DNA of 35,776 nucleotides. It comes from Octopus bimaculoides. Lineage: Eukaryota. Made by a program: the position numbers and the translations under genes. Under the pieces are notes generated by a model that was not told the origin of the DNA, made no database searches, and saw only the letters and a program-made list of their open reading frames with translations. Of this stretch, positions 21,931-32,915 are shown in pieces. The stretch is from assembly GCF_001194135.2 (NCBI RefSeq), contig NC_068983.1:127526440-127562215 (forward strand), read 5' to 3'. Each line of letters opens with the position of its first letter. Position 1 is the stretch's first letter.

Positions 21931-22559
21931 ACCAAAGCATGTACATTTTTTACTAGATTCTCCATCATATCACTTTCAGTTGATACTGATAAGTTTTCAA
22001 TTAGCATCCAAAAGTATCAAATTTTGCATCTTTTGAGAAAAGGACTTCTAACATTTCCTCAATATCACAATCACTCCAACTTGGTTCTATTTCTTTTAAT
22101 TTTTATTTTCTGTTTAAAGACGGGAATAGTTATTCAAAGGAATTTCACTTGTAAAACATTATGCGGTTAATACATATTCATTCGCTCATGAATCTTTTTC
22201 TTGAAACTATATTTATTTGTGTTGCTATATAGGAATGCTAATTTCGTGTAAATAAATATCAAGTTGTTTTTAAAAGAGTGGTTTTAACTTGGTTGTGATG
22301 ACGAATTCGAAATAAATTCTGAATAAGCTGAATTACTTGGTATTTTAAATAACCAGCATATATAACATAACGCGTGTTCAAAAAGATATATATTCGTATA
22401 TGGCCCTACATTTTTCCACTCAATAACTCATGGGTTTACCATAATTTTTGATATCTTTTTTCCATAGATTTCTTCCATGAGGTTTCCATAAGGATGATCT
22501 ATAGCCACGACATAGCACTAATCCCAGCAAGTTAGAGGGGAAGGTAAGTCAATTGCATG

Positions 22560-22700
22560 ATATCCCCAATTATTTTATCGTACCCTGAAAAGACAAGAGG
22601 AAAGTCGACCTGATCGGAATCTTAACTCAGGTTGTAAACAGCCGAAAGTATTACCGATAGGCTCTTTGGCCGATTCGCAAATGAACCTGCCATCAGGCCG
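22560..22700 (-). mobile_element. Diverged SINE (family A-like)
   Basis: Reverse complement CTGAGTTAAGATTCCGATCAGGTCGACTTTCCTCTTGTCTTTTCAGGGTACGATAAAATAA. Confidence 0.55.
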
Positions 22701-23499
22701 ACTTACTACTATTAAAAATGATAGCGTTTTGGTTTTAGACAGGATGCTAGAAATTGTAAGATGGAAGGATATTAATCGTTTACGTCGACTACAGAATAAC
22801 GTAATATAAACTTTGAATCGTTGGGTTTTGAACGCAGACTGTAATAATCCAGAGAATGTACCACAAGGCATTTTGTTTGGTGCTTTAACGCTTCAATGCA
22901 CTGCGCTGTCTAAACTACTTGATGTCGATATAGAAGTGATAGCAAGTTGTAGGGAATAATACAGGAAAACATCGACAAATTGTGTAGTAAATTTTTTCTA
23001 TCTCAAAACCAGAAATTTAATATCACTAAGCTGTTTTTATATTCTATGCTAAATCGGAAAGAAAAGAAAGCATTCTACCTAAAAGTAGTTCGCTTGTATT
23101 ATTCATAATAATTCTAGTATATCTATTCAGCTGAGCTTCTGTTTTTCGCTGGCACAAGAGGCCGAAGGATGGAAGAGAGGAGATGAGAGACGATGAACGG
23201 TACTGGAGGGAGGGGGACAGCAGATGATCATGGCCTCTTTAGAAAAGTTTTCATTTTCTAGATGAAGACTGTACTGAGTCGATAAAGACGACACACCTAT
23301 ATTTTGGAGATGTTGTGGACACTGTACACAAAATTATTCATGAATACCAACAAATGTGCAACATTTGATCAAAGCTGGTTACCAGAGTGTTCAGTGATGA
23401 ATAAAAATAAAAACGAGTGGGTGGTAGTAGGTAAATGGTTGACCTCATTGTCTCCAATCTAAGTGTAATTTAGTATGCGTTAATCTATAGCGAAAGCTG

Positions 23500-24100
23500 G
23501 ATCTACTGTTATCATTAAGGAGGCCTATTGACTAAGTGCCCGATGGAAGAATCTGGATACCCTATATCCAGAAAGTCCAGGCAAACAAGTCTACTTGGAT
23601 GTTCATGATCCATAATTTCGATAACACTGGCAATATGTATATACACAGGGATCCCACTAGCAAAAGAAAGCTTTTTAGAGGTTTTGAAGACGTCCAAGAA
23701 AAAGTTTCGCTGTAGACGGCTAGATCTTTTCCACTTGGGTCGGTAGTGCCTGCATCAAGGCGCTGCACTAGTCCAAAATACCACCCAGATAACCGACTAC
23801 TTGACAGAGCTGGGCACCAAAACGTTCCAACACGCTTTCTACAGTGCATGCACTACTCCCCGTGATTTCGAGTCGTTCGCTAAGCTGAAGGAGAAGCCTC
23901 GGTGTTGTGGATTTGAAGACAATGATGAAGGAGGCTGTGACACGGACCCTTGAGGATTTCGTGTCTGACGTCTTCCATGATACTTTCACGATGTGACTGG
24001 ATCACTCTGCAGGTGAATTGAAATCGGACGATCCTATTTTGAAAGAGATTAAAGTTTTGCACTTGTTTGAAATTAATAAATATCTTACCCCGAAACTTCT
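23500..24100 (-). mobile_element. Degraded CR1-group LINE RT fragment
   Basis: Frameshifted minus-strand translation gives TPRLLLQLSERL (cf. HPRVLKELxxxL), HYRP (cf. NYRP) and QVDLVCLDFL (cf. VDxxYLDFxKAFD) in the expected order. Confidence 0.55.
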
Positions 24101-24679
24101 CCACACTTGTGCAATAAACATTAGATTTTCAGAAGAAAAAGGATCCTCAAGTCAGCGAAACATAGATATAGAATTCTCCAGCCATTGGATCAAATCAAAC
24201 ACGAGCTTTATATTTCCTGGTTATATCCTATGAATTGCTCATAAAATTTTTCAGATGAAATCTGTGATGTAAGCATAGATGGATAATTAAGAATATAGTT
24301 TTAGCTTTTTGCATATTATAAAGAATTATTCATGCATATATGTATATCTCTGCCTGTTGTAACCTGTGGATGCTATACAATTCCATATGAATACTCAATT
24401 TGGACATTACCATATAAACCTGCTTTTGCTGACACTGTATGATGCATTTCTCCAATTTCTCAAACTATAGACACTTACAGTACACCATCTCACTCTTTGA
24501 ACAACTTTATTTCTAATGTCCATGTGTCATTTCCTTCATCCTTTACGTTTATTTCTCTCTATATAATTTGCTTCCCCCACGTTGTCATAGATTGCGTGCA
24601 TATACGTTTCAATTCTTTTTTTACCATATGTACGACTGTATATCCATATTTGTGTGTATATTTCAATCGTGCCTATATA

Positions 24680-24950
24680 TATGTGTTTATATGAGTGTGC
24701 ATGCATGTGTGCGTATGCGTCATATATACATGTATATATATATATATATATNNNNNNNNNNTGTGTATGTGTGTGTGTGTGTATGTGTGTGCGTGTATGC
24801 ACGTATTTATATTAATATACCAGTATTTCAAAGTGCACGTTCGTGTTTGTATGCGTGCAAGTATGTATGTACATCGGTTCCCATGTGTGTACGTATGTGC
24901 ATGTGTGTGTGTGATTCAATGTTATATTACATGTATGCGTTTTACTGGTA
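24680..24950. repeat. (TA)/(TG) compound microsatellite with small gap
   Basis: Read directly. Confidence 0.93.
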
Positions 24951-24959
24951 TGTATAAGC

Positions 24960-25112
24960 GCATCTCCTGTTTTTGACGAAGTGCCATGCTCAAACCTTTA
25001 AACACTTAGTCTCCTTTCCGACTTTACTGAGAGTCAACCTAATACATTCTCTGTTTACGCCTTTTTGACTAATGTTGTTTTGTTATTTCTTACATTTAAT
25101 TCTCGATTACAC
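24960..25112 (+). mobile_element. Penelope-type repeat (family H1), degenerate hammerhead-like core at 24970-25003
   Basis: CTCCTGTTT-TTGACGA-A-GTGC-CAT-GCTC-AAAC; nearly matches the reverse complement of 26698-26740 (CTCCTGTTTCTGACCAAG); ends at (TA)n. Confidence 0.5.
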
Positions 25113-26599
25113 TATATATATATATATATATATTCGTGCGCACGTAAAGATGTATCGTATAGAATAAACTATTTTCATATGTATTGAACTATACAGTTTT
25201 ATTTTTATATTTTACCGTATCTGTCTGTTCTTACATTGTTTTCCTATTTATTTTATCCTTGTTACACATTGTTCCTTAGACGGTTTTTGCTTCTTGCCTT
25301 GTTTCCTATAATCTGGCCATCAAACTTCAACCTTTCAACCACTCTAAAGCCTTATTCAATACTGCAATTCGCTGATATTTTATATGTTTATATCGTTAAA
25401 TCACCTTTTCCTCTTTCATTATATTCTACATATCTTCTTTCTATTTTTTGTCTCCCGCTCTAAATCATTATTTTTCCGTTGTATCTTATTTTCTCCATAT
25501 TCTCTCTCCTTTTTACTTACCCATTAATTTTTATCTATCTATTTTCTGCCTTTTTGTTTTTCTCGTTGCTTCACTATTATTATTAGTGTTGTTGTTGTTG
25601 TTGTTATTGTTAGTATTATTATTTTTACTAATATTATTATTTCGTCTGTTTTTCATTTTATTTCATTTTGATGTATTTCGTTGCTTCTATATTTTATTCT
25701 CCTCTACAGATTCCTATCTTTGATGATAATTCTAATTTTAATTTTCAACGCCTGCTTTAGACTTCTCTTATATTCCTTTTAATCATTTCCAATTCTAATT
25801 TCTGTCTATTTTATAATAACCTTTTATTTACTCGCTTTTACTAAAAAAAATTCTTTCGATATTTTATTTGATATTTATATCTTCACAAAAGTCAACACCC
25901 ACTGGCAACTAATATTATGCCACTAATTTTTGTTTGAAATTAGTAACACAATCAGATTAAAATGCTTAGTCGTTGAACTGTAAATTATATAATATAGATT
26001 CACATAATCTAATTATTCAGCATTATGGTAACTGTGTGATGAACGGTCAGGGAAAACTCAGAGAAACAGTTGGTCAACACTTTTTCAGCTTTAATAACAT
26101 AATGTAAGTATGTATGTATGTATACATATATGTGTGTATGTGCGTGTGTGTATACACCGTGTGTAACAGCAAAATTGTTACTCTCATAGATTCTTAAAAT
26201 TGCTTAATACAAATGAGCAAATTGATTTGCAATTTTCCACGCTTCCAGATAAGACATCAGACGATAGCAGCTTCAGCTGTTTGAAGAATCAATGAAATAC
26301 AAATTGAGATATTTAGATAGAAATAGAGCACTTTTTTTCAGGTGCAAAATCCCTGTCAAGGTAAAGACCTTTGCCTGTGTGGCTAGTAGTAGCAAAAATA
26401 TGCCATTCATCATCATTGAAATGGTTGAGAGACTGACATGAATAGGTCATGTTCAAGATTTGAATGATGTAGAGACCTGGATTAATTCTGAATATCCTGA
26501 GGTAAAACACAAGGAAGACTCTCAGAAAATCGCTACGAATTTATTTCAAGTTTACATTCCTGCAAAATGGACCTGCTTGTCACGCAAGGGCAAAGACTT

Positions 26600-26790
26600 A
26601 TAAAAAAACGAACAACAAACACAAGAGAAAAACAACAACGCGATGACGTGGTACATGCAAGGTATAAGTAGAAACTCAGGGAAGGAAAAAGCGGTATTTT
26701 TTTACGTTTCGAGTAAAGCTCTTGGTCAGAAACAGGAGACGGAAGAAAGTTCAAGGGAAAAGAAAGACGGAGGAAAAAAAAAACGCTAAT
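26600..26790 (-). mobile_element. Penelope-type repeat (family H1), near-intact hammerhead-like core at 26698-26735
   Basis: Reverse complement TTT-CTGACCA-A-GAG-CTTTA-CTC-GAAA-CG-TA-AAA. Stem III is the palindrome ACGT, the triplet is GTA, and stem I is UUU/AAA; G8 is replaced by C. Confidence 0.55.
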
Positions 26791-27944
26791 GATCCTCATG
26801 TGGTTACATTTTATGCATATGTATACATGTTTAAATAAGGAATCGGAATTGTTATTCTGATAATTGTTGCACTTTAATAAGCAGATGCTTATAGATCATG
26901 GTTGTCTACAAAGTGTAACCGATTTGTAAGCACCAAATAATTTACAAACATTTAATAATCACAAAAGTCATATGTGTGTGCATATGTGTGTACATAGATA
27001 CATACATACATGCATACATACATATTTACATTCATATATGCATACTGTAGACACAAATGTATCAGAAAAGATTTATGTATATTAGTTGACACAATCAGCA
27101 TTTGACCGTATCTGATATCCAAACACCAAATAAAAAAATATAATACAATAAATGGAGATATGACATAATTATAACTAAAACACGCCTAATGATAGTAACA
27201 ATTAACAGAAAGTTATCACTGAGATTAAAGAACTAAAAACGCGATAGAACAGCTGCCCACACTTTTAGAAACTTTGCCTCATTCAAAAGGCGATAGCACC
27301 AGCTGTATTTTTAGCACAATTACAAAAGCATAAAGACAACATATCTGAAATATTCAACATAGATATATAGAATAAGAATTGGATCAATGCGAATAATAAT
27401 TGCCAGAGTGTTATGAAAGAGTCACCATTATATCTGCACATAAAACATTGACTAAAATTCAAAAGGTAGCATTATGAAGCACAATACAGATTCTACACAA
27501 TAGTGGAAAACTTTTAACAATACTCACCGAACACAAAATATTCTAAAAACAAATATTACTATTTACACATTTTGTAGATGAGCATCTTAGTGCATTTGCA
27601 TTTCAGATACAGCATATATTCGGTGAATAAAAGCAACAATGAAAATATCACAATAGCAGGCAAGTGGAAGACACAATAGATTCATATCAAGTTAATGGTT
27701 AACAGATTACAACGTATGGTATTCATATTTGAGAAACAGATGGTTCTTCATCTACAGTTAAGTACTCAAAAGAATCATCTAAATATTTCACAAATTCAGA
27801 AAAATCAGTGTTGGCAATGGTTCCCCGGAGAGGACTACCGTTTTGCAAATATGTACTTTGTGTTCGATCCCATAGATCGGAATTTGTTAAAATGTTTTCT
27901 CATAGTGTTTCTTGTAAAACAAACATTTGCGAGGAAAATGTACA

Positions 27945-28839
27945 TAATTGATAATCTCCCCAAGCTTCTACAGGAACAACGTCGTGCATGTTCCACTGTC
28001 ATAGAAAATATTCACAATAACACAGAAAGTCTTTATTTCTTAGATACTGTAGGAGGTAGTGCGAAGACATTTGTAATTAAACTCCCCCTGGCTAAAGTTC
28101 GTCAAGAAAAGAAAATATATTTAGCTACTGCTACTTCTGGAATTGCAGCAATATTACTGCCCTGAGGGCGGACGTCTCACTTAAAATTTAAGTTACATTT
28201 AGATTAATCTAACAAAGAAAATCCAGTTTGTAATATATTTAAAAATCCTGGAATGAGGGAACCAATACAAAGATGTCCTTCATTGTCTGGGACAAAATTA
28301 TGCAATGGTACACAACCAATTGCGCACAAACATTGAGACACTGGTTGTGGTAAAGGTGATACAGTCCTTCAGTCCTCGCATATTCGTTATACCATCTAAT
28401 GTCCCATTCCAATTTAAACGGTTACAGTTCCCTATCCGAGTTTCTTTTGCCATGAGCATTAGTAAAATTTAAGCCCAAACACTAAAAATTGCTTGAATGC
28501 AAGTTGATGAACTATGCTTTTCACTTGGCTAACTTTATGTTGAGGCGTCACATGTAGGAGCAAAAGCAAATCTTTTTCTTATGCACCCCGAAATAAAACA
28601 AAAAAACATTGTTCATAATGCACCATTATTAACTTAATTTGCCTTTACTTACATTACATTCAAGAATTAGTAAGTTACCTATTTCAATGAATTGTATTAT
28701 ATAATTGCTATTAGTGTATTGATAATTCAAATAACACATACAGGAGGAATAAATTATATATATATGATAATACTTTGAATTTGATACTTAACAAAGCGTA
28801 AAAGTACCTTCCCGATCAACGCCAGGTTGTACTGTTAAT
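27945..28839 (+). mobile_element. Helitron 3' fragment: degraded PIF1-type helicase and 3' terminus
   Basis: EQRR..LYFLDTVGGSAKTF (Walker A, cf. LFFLDAPGGTGKTF), ATATSGIAAILLP*GRTSH..FKL, then after a deletion PFQFKRLQFPIRVSFAMSISK..QTLK..CFSLG*LYVEASHVG..KNIV. A degenerate hairpin CCCGATCAACGCCAGG lies at 28811-28826, followed by CTGTTAAT (cf. CTGCTAGT) and (TA)n. Confidence 0.88.
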
Positions 28840-29267
28840 ATATATATATATATATGTCAGGCATAAACACAAAATGATTCTTCATAGACACGACAATGGG
28901 TGGGTGGGTGTATCAGTGTGTGTGCGTCCTTTGTTTTTAATATCTTATCAGGGTGTTGTTTCAATGAGTTTTGCTACTATACCTATGAGTACAAGGGACG
29001 AAGTACTAGATATCTGTTTATTTCATGTTCACCTTGAATAAAACGTAGCAGACATGAAATGTGTATGAAAAGAAAATCAATTGTCAAAGATTCTGATTAA
29101 TTGGCGGTTATCTTTTGTACTATAATCATTTACAATGGTTTTTATCTGGCTCGCCAAAGGTCAATTCGATTTTAAATATGTTCGCTTATAAATTCAAATC
29201 TTTATTCGCAGTGTTTCATATTTTTTATATATTTATGCTTATTAATATATAAATAAATTGAATGCTA

Positions 29268-29312
<45 letters not shown>

Positions 29313-30062
29313 ACGGCCCAACCCACACATATGTAAATATATAAATAAGCTTTTCTCTGTGTTTTTTAATATATTCGCTTATTATGTTGAAAAAATGTAT
29401 AACATAGTAACAGAACAATTACAAGCGCGAGTATTATTCTACACACATAGTAAAATCTAAGACTTCCTCTTCTGATGGATTATTCAACCAATAGCAATAA
29501 TTCTTCTTCGTGAATTTTTTTTTTTTTTTTAATAAATGTCACTTTTAAGAAAAAGTATGTTAAGCTTTTTATTTACAATTGTATGCAGTATTCTACGAAT
29601 AAGCGGGAAAGAAATAAATTCTACAATGTAATGTTAATGATGTTAGTAGGTAATGAAGAAAGAAGGAAAGTGTGAGCTGGAGTTGATCATTGTGTACAAA
29701 GGAAGAAATGTTAGGATGTTTTTGCTATTGAATTTCTCGAGGTCGAAACGATAGTGTAAACCATGTAAGTACGTGGGTGAGTCGTTTATTTTTTTGGATT
29801 ATTTATTAATTTATTGTTCTATAATTTAGAAAGGATATGGATTATAATGTCATCTAAGTAAAGATTTCATCTAAGTAAAGATTTAAATTATTTTAAGAAT
29901 GTATAATATAAATAATCTGCAAATTATAATACAAATTTAGTATGCAGACAACTTACATAATTGCTTGAAGATCATCTCCAACCAAAGTAAAAAATTCATC
30001 AGTGGAAGAGATTGACGTATTGCAAGAAACATTTATTTTGTATCTAATTTTCCAACCTAGTG

Positions 30063-30437
30063 GAGGCGCAATGGTCCAGTGGTTGGGGCAGTGGACTCGC
30101 AGTCATAGGATGGCGGTTTCAATTCCCAGACTGAGTGTTGTGAGTTTTTATTGATCGAAAACACCTAAAGTTCCAGGAGGCTCCAGCAGGGGATGGTGGC
30201 GAACCCTGCTGTACTCTTTCACCACAACTTTCTCGCACGGTTTCTGTTGTACCTGTAATTCAAAGGGCCAGACTTGTCACACTGTGTCACGCTGAATATC
30301 CCCGAGAACTACGTTAAGCGTACACGTGTCTGTGGAGTGCTCAGCCACTTGCACATTAATTTCACGAGCAGGCTGTTTCATTGATGGGATCAACTGGAAC
30401 TCTCGACGTCGTAAGCTACGGAGTGCCAACAACAACA
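30063..30437 (+). mobile_element. Full-length tRNA-derived SINE (family B) with (CAA)n tail
   Basis: A box TGGTCCAGTGG (30072-30082), B box GGTTTCAATTCC (30115-30126), a ~300-bp body unrelated to family A, and a CAACAACAAC tail. Confidence 0.85.
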
Positions 30438-31302
30438 TCATTTTCAACCATATGTTAAAATCCATTTTCCTTTCTCTAAGTCTGCACAAAAGTATAAAAC
30501 ATTGACACCACGCGTGAATACGTAAACATACTCCTATAAACACGCGCATACGCAAGAACTACAAAACTGCAGTAACAATCCTTCCTTTATCCCACATCAT
30601 TTTATCCACCTTTGAACATAATATATTAGAATTTCTAATCTTGTCATTTACTTTCCACCTGTGTAAATTTTATTATACATCGAACATTTAATATTTAAAA
30701 GAAAACTAATTAAAAGTTTTGCTTAGCCGCCCCCATCCATATTAACATTCCTTTATAATTTCCATAGCTCAAAATTCGATTATAAATTAGCAAAGGTATA
30801 CATAAATATACACATAAATTGCACACAGACACAGAAACGCGTACGCATGCACAACACACATACATAGACACACATGAAACAAAATTAGCGCTCAGTCAGA
30901 TACTTAACTTTCTCATTGAGGTCTATAAATTGAATACAATTACTTCCAACTACATTCCCGCTATTTAAATTATTATTCATTACTTTCATGTTCTTCCTTT
31001 AGCCATGATTTTCTTATCTCTAATATTCGAAATGAATTTTAAACTTGTTATCCTTGACTCTGAAATAATGTTACATAATCTTTTTTTTTTCTTATTGAAT
31101 TCAACTACAAAATTTGAATAACTCATAAAGCACCTTCCTTAATATTATGTTTTCATTGTTCTAATAATTTTCCTCTATCAAACATTTGCAAATAAAATTA
31201 TCATTGCTAACTCAATAAGAAGCTAAGGCGGAACTTGAAAACCCATTTGAAATTGTTTTCATAGAAACAGATTCTACTTCATGCACAAGGCTAGAAATTT
31301 AA

Positions 31303-31415
31303 ACGGGGAGTGGTTGGATGAATCCATCCTCTACAGTTACTGGCACCCAAAATTACAGACTCCGAAATGATGAAAAGCAAAATTGTACCAGACTCGATTT
31401 GAACTCAAAACCCAG
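31303..31415 (-). mobile_element. Diverged SINE (family A) fragment
   Basis: Plus strand ACTCCGAAATGATGAAAAGCAAAATTG..GATTTGAACTCAAAAC is the degenerate reverse complement of the family core and B box. Confidence 0.55.
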
Positions 31416-32178
31416 GTAGTTATATTTATTATGTCGACCCCATGATGTTTTCGAATAAACTGCATAGATACAATAGCAATATTACAATACACACGCGCAC
31501 TTGTACACATGCGTGCATGTATACATATATATATATATATATACACATACATATATATATATATATACACANNNNNNNNNNNNNNNNNNNNNNNNNNNNN
31601 NNNNNNNNNNNNNNNNNNNNNNNNNNNNNNNNNNNNNNNNNNNNNNNNNNNNTATATATGCGTGTGTGTATGTGTGTGTAAATATACAACATACATTGTA
31701 AACAGGTTTCTTCAGAAAAATTATGCTGTATATTTCAGCACTGAGGTGATTGAGAAGCAGTTTTAGCAAATTTGACAATTAAGTGAATGAATAACAATTT
31801 TAGATATAATATTTACATTAGTAAAAACTTCACTATAAATGAATAAATACATTTTTTTTTTATTTTACCTTTGGAAGTCTGGTAGAAAGCGTTGCTAAAA
31901 TAAATAAATAGAGGGATCGTAGTGGTAGCATTGAAGACCTTCGTCAGAAATGATGTATAGTGTATCTGTAAATACTCCATCAATTCTCATAAGTACGTTA
32001 TGATTACAAGACATGAGGTGTAAGCAAATGAATGTGAAGTTTATATTGATACGGCTGCGTGTACTTGTGTACATTTATATTTGTGTGTCTGTGTGTATTT
32101 GCGTGTAATTAAATTTGTGTGTGTATGCTTGTATGCATGCATGTATGTTTGTATGTTTGTATGTGTATATGTGTGTGC

Positions 32179-32214
<36 letters not shown>

Positions 32215-32219
<5 letters not shown>

Positions 32220-32735
32220 TTAATATTTCTAAGTTTCTCTAAAGGAGACTACGGCAGCGGTACTGGAAATTAATAGTTATCGCCAAGCCAACATGGCAGT
32301 CCCAAATATATATACNNNNNNNNNNNNNNNNNNNNNNNNNNNNNNNNNNNNNNNNNNNNNNNNNNNNNNNNNNNNNNNNNNNNNNNNNNNNNNNNNNNNN
32401 NNNNNNNNNNNNNNNNTAGCTATGTGACACACGAAACCTGTGTCCTTTATAACATTCGAACAGGGGAGGTCAGCCGCTTCCCCTTGCTGGTTTGGCATCT
32501 GCAGACTAGTTTCAGGGTGTTGCCCCTTGTCAATGCAGAGCAGCCAAGCTCCAGCCAGGCGGCGCTATTGACTGTCTGTTCGAAGGTTATTTATCTAATT
32601 TCAGTGGAATCTATCCACTGGTTTTCAGAAATAGAGTTATTAATATTTCTAAGTCTCTCTAAAGGAGACTACGGCAGCGGTACTGGAAATTAATAGTTAT
32701 CGCCAAGCCAACATGGCAGTCCCAAATATATATAC
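32215..32735 (-). mobile_element. Penelope-type non-coding repeat (family H2) with a partial tandem duplication across a gap
   Basis: 32215-32315 and 32635-32735 are 101-bp copies with one mismatch. Contains the hammerhead motif at 32498-32539 and is flanked by (TA)n. Confidence 0.55.
32498..32539 (-). ncRNA. Minimal type-I hammerhead ribozyme candidate, U3-A8 core variant
   Basis: Minus strand: TCTGCA-TTGACAA-GGGG-CAACA-CCCT-GAAA-CTAG-TC-TGCAGA. It has a 6-bp perfect stem I, a 4-bp stem II (3 G-C plus G.U), a palindromic stem III ACTAGT and a GUC cleavage triplet. Confidence 0.7.
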
Positions 32736-32827
32736 ATACATATATATAACTTAGGCGCTTAAATATCTGTAAACTTCAATGAATATTGGTACCTATATGC
32801 TCGCATATTTATCAGAGACCAAGCGGA

Positions 32828-32858
32828 AGAGAGAGAGAGAAAGAGAGAGAGAGAGAGG

Positions 32859-32902
<44 letters not shown>

Positions 32903-32915
32903 AAGAAAGCGAGAG
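32828..32915. repeat. (GA)n microsatellite
   Basis: Read directly. Confidence 0.95.

Noticed and set aside
27695-28165. 156-aa ORF as a cellular PIF1 helicase
   Set aside because: Degenerate Walker A, in-frame stop, internal deletion, no introns and a Helitron-type 3' hairpin/terminus.
29950-30050. Minus-strand open frame YKINVSCNTSISSTDEFFTLVGDDLQAI ending at a GTAAGT donor
   Set aside because: The acceptor lacks a polypyrimidine tract and abuts a SINE; peptide not recognised.
30063-30135. tRNA gene
   Set aside because: A and B boxes are present, but there is no acceptor-stem closure and it continues into a SINE body with a (CAA)n tail.
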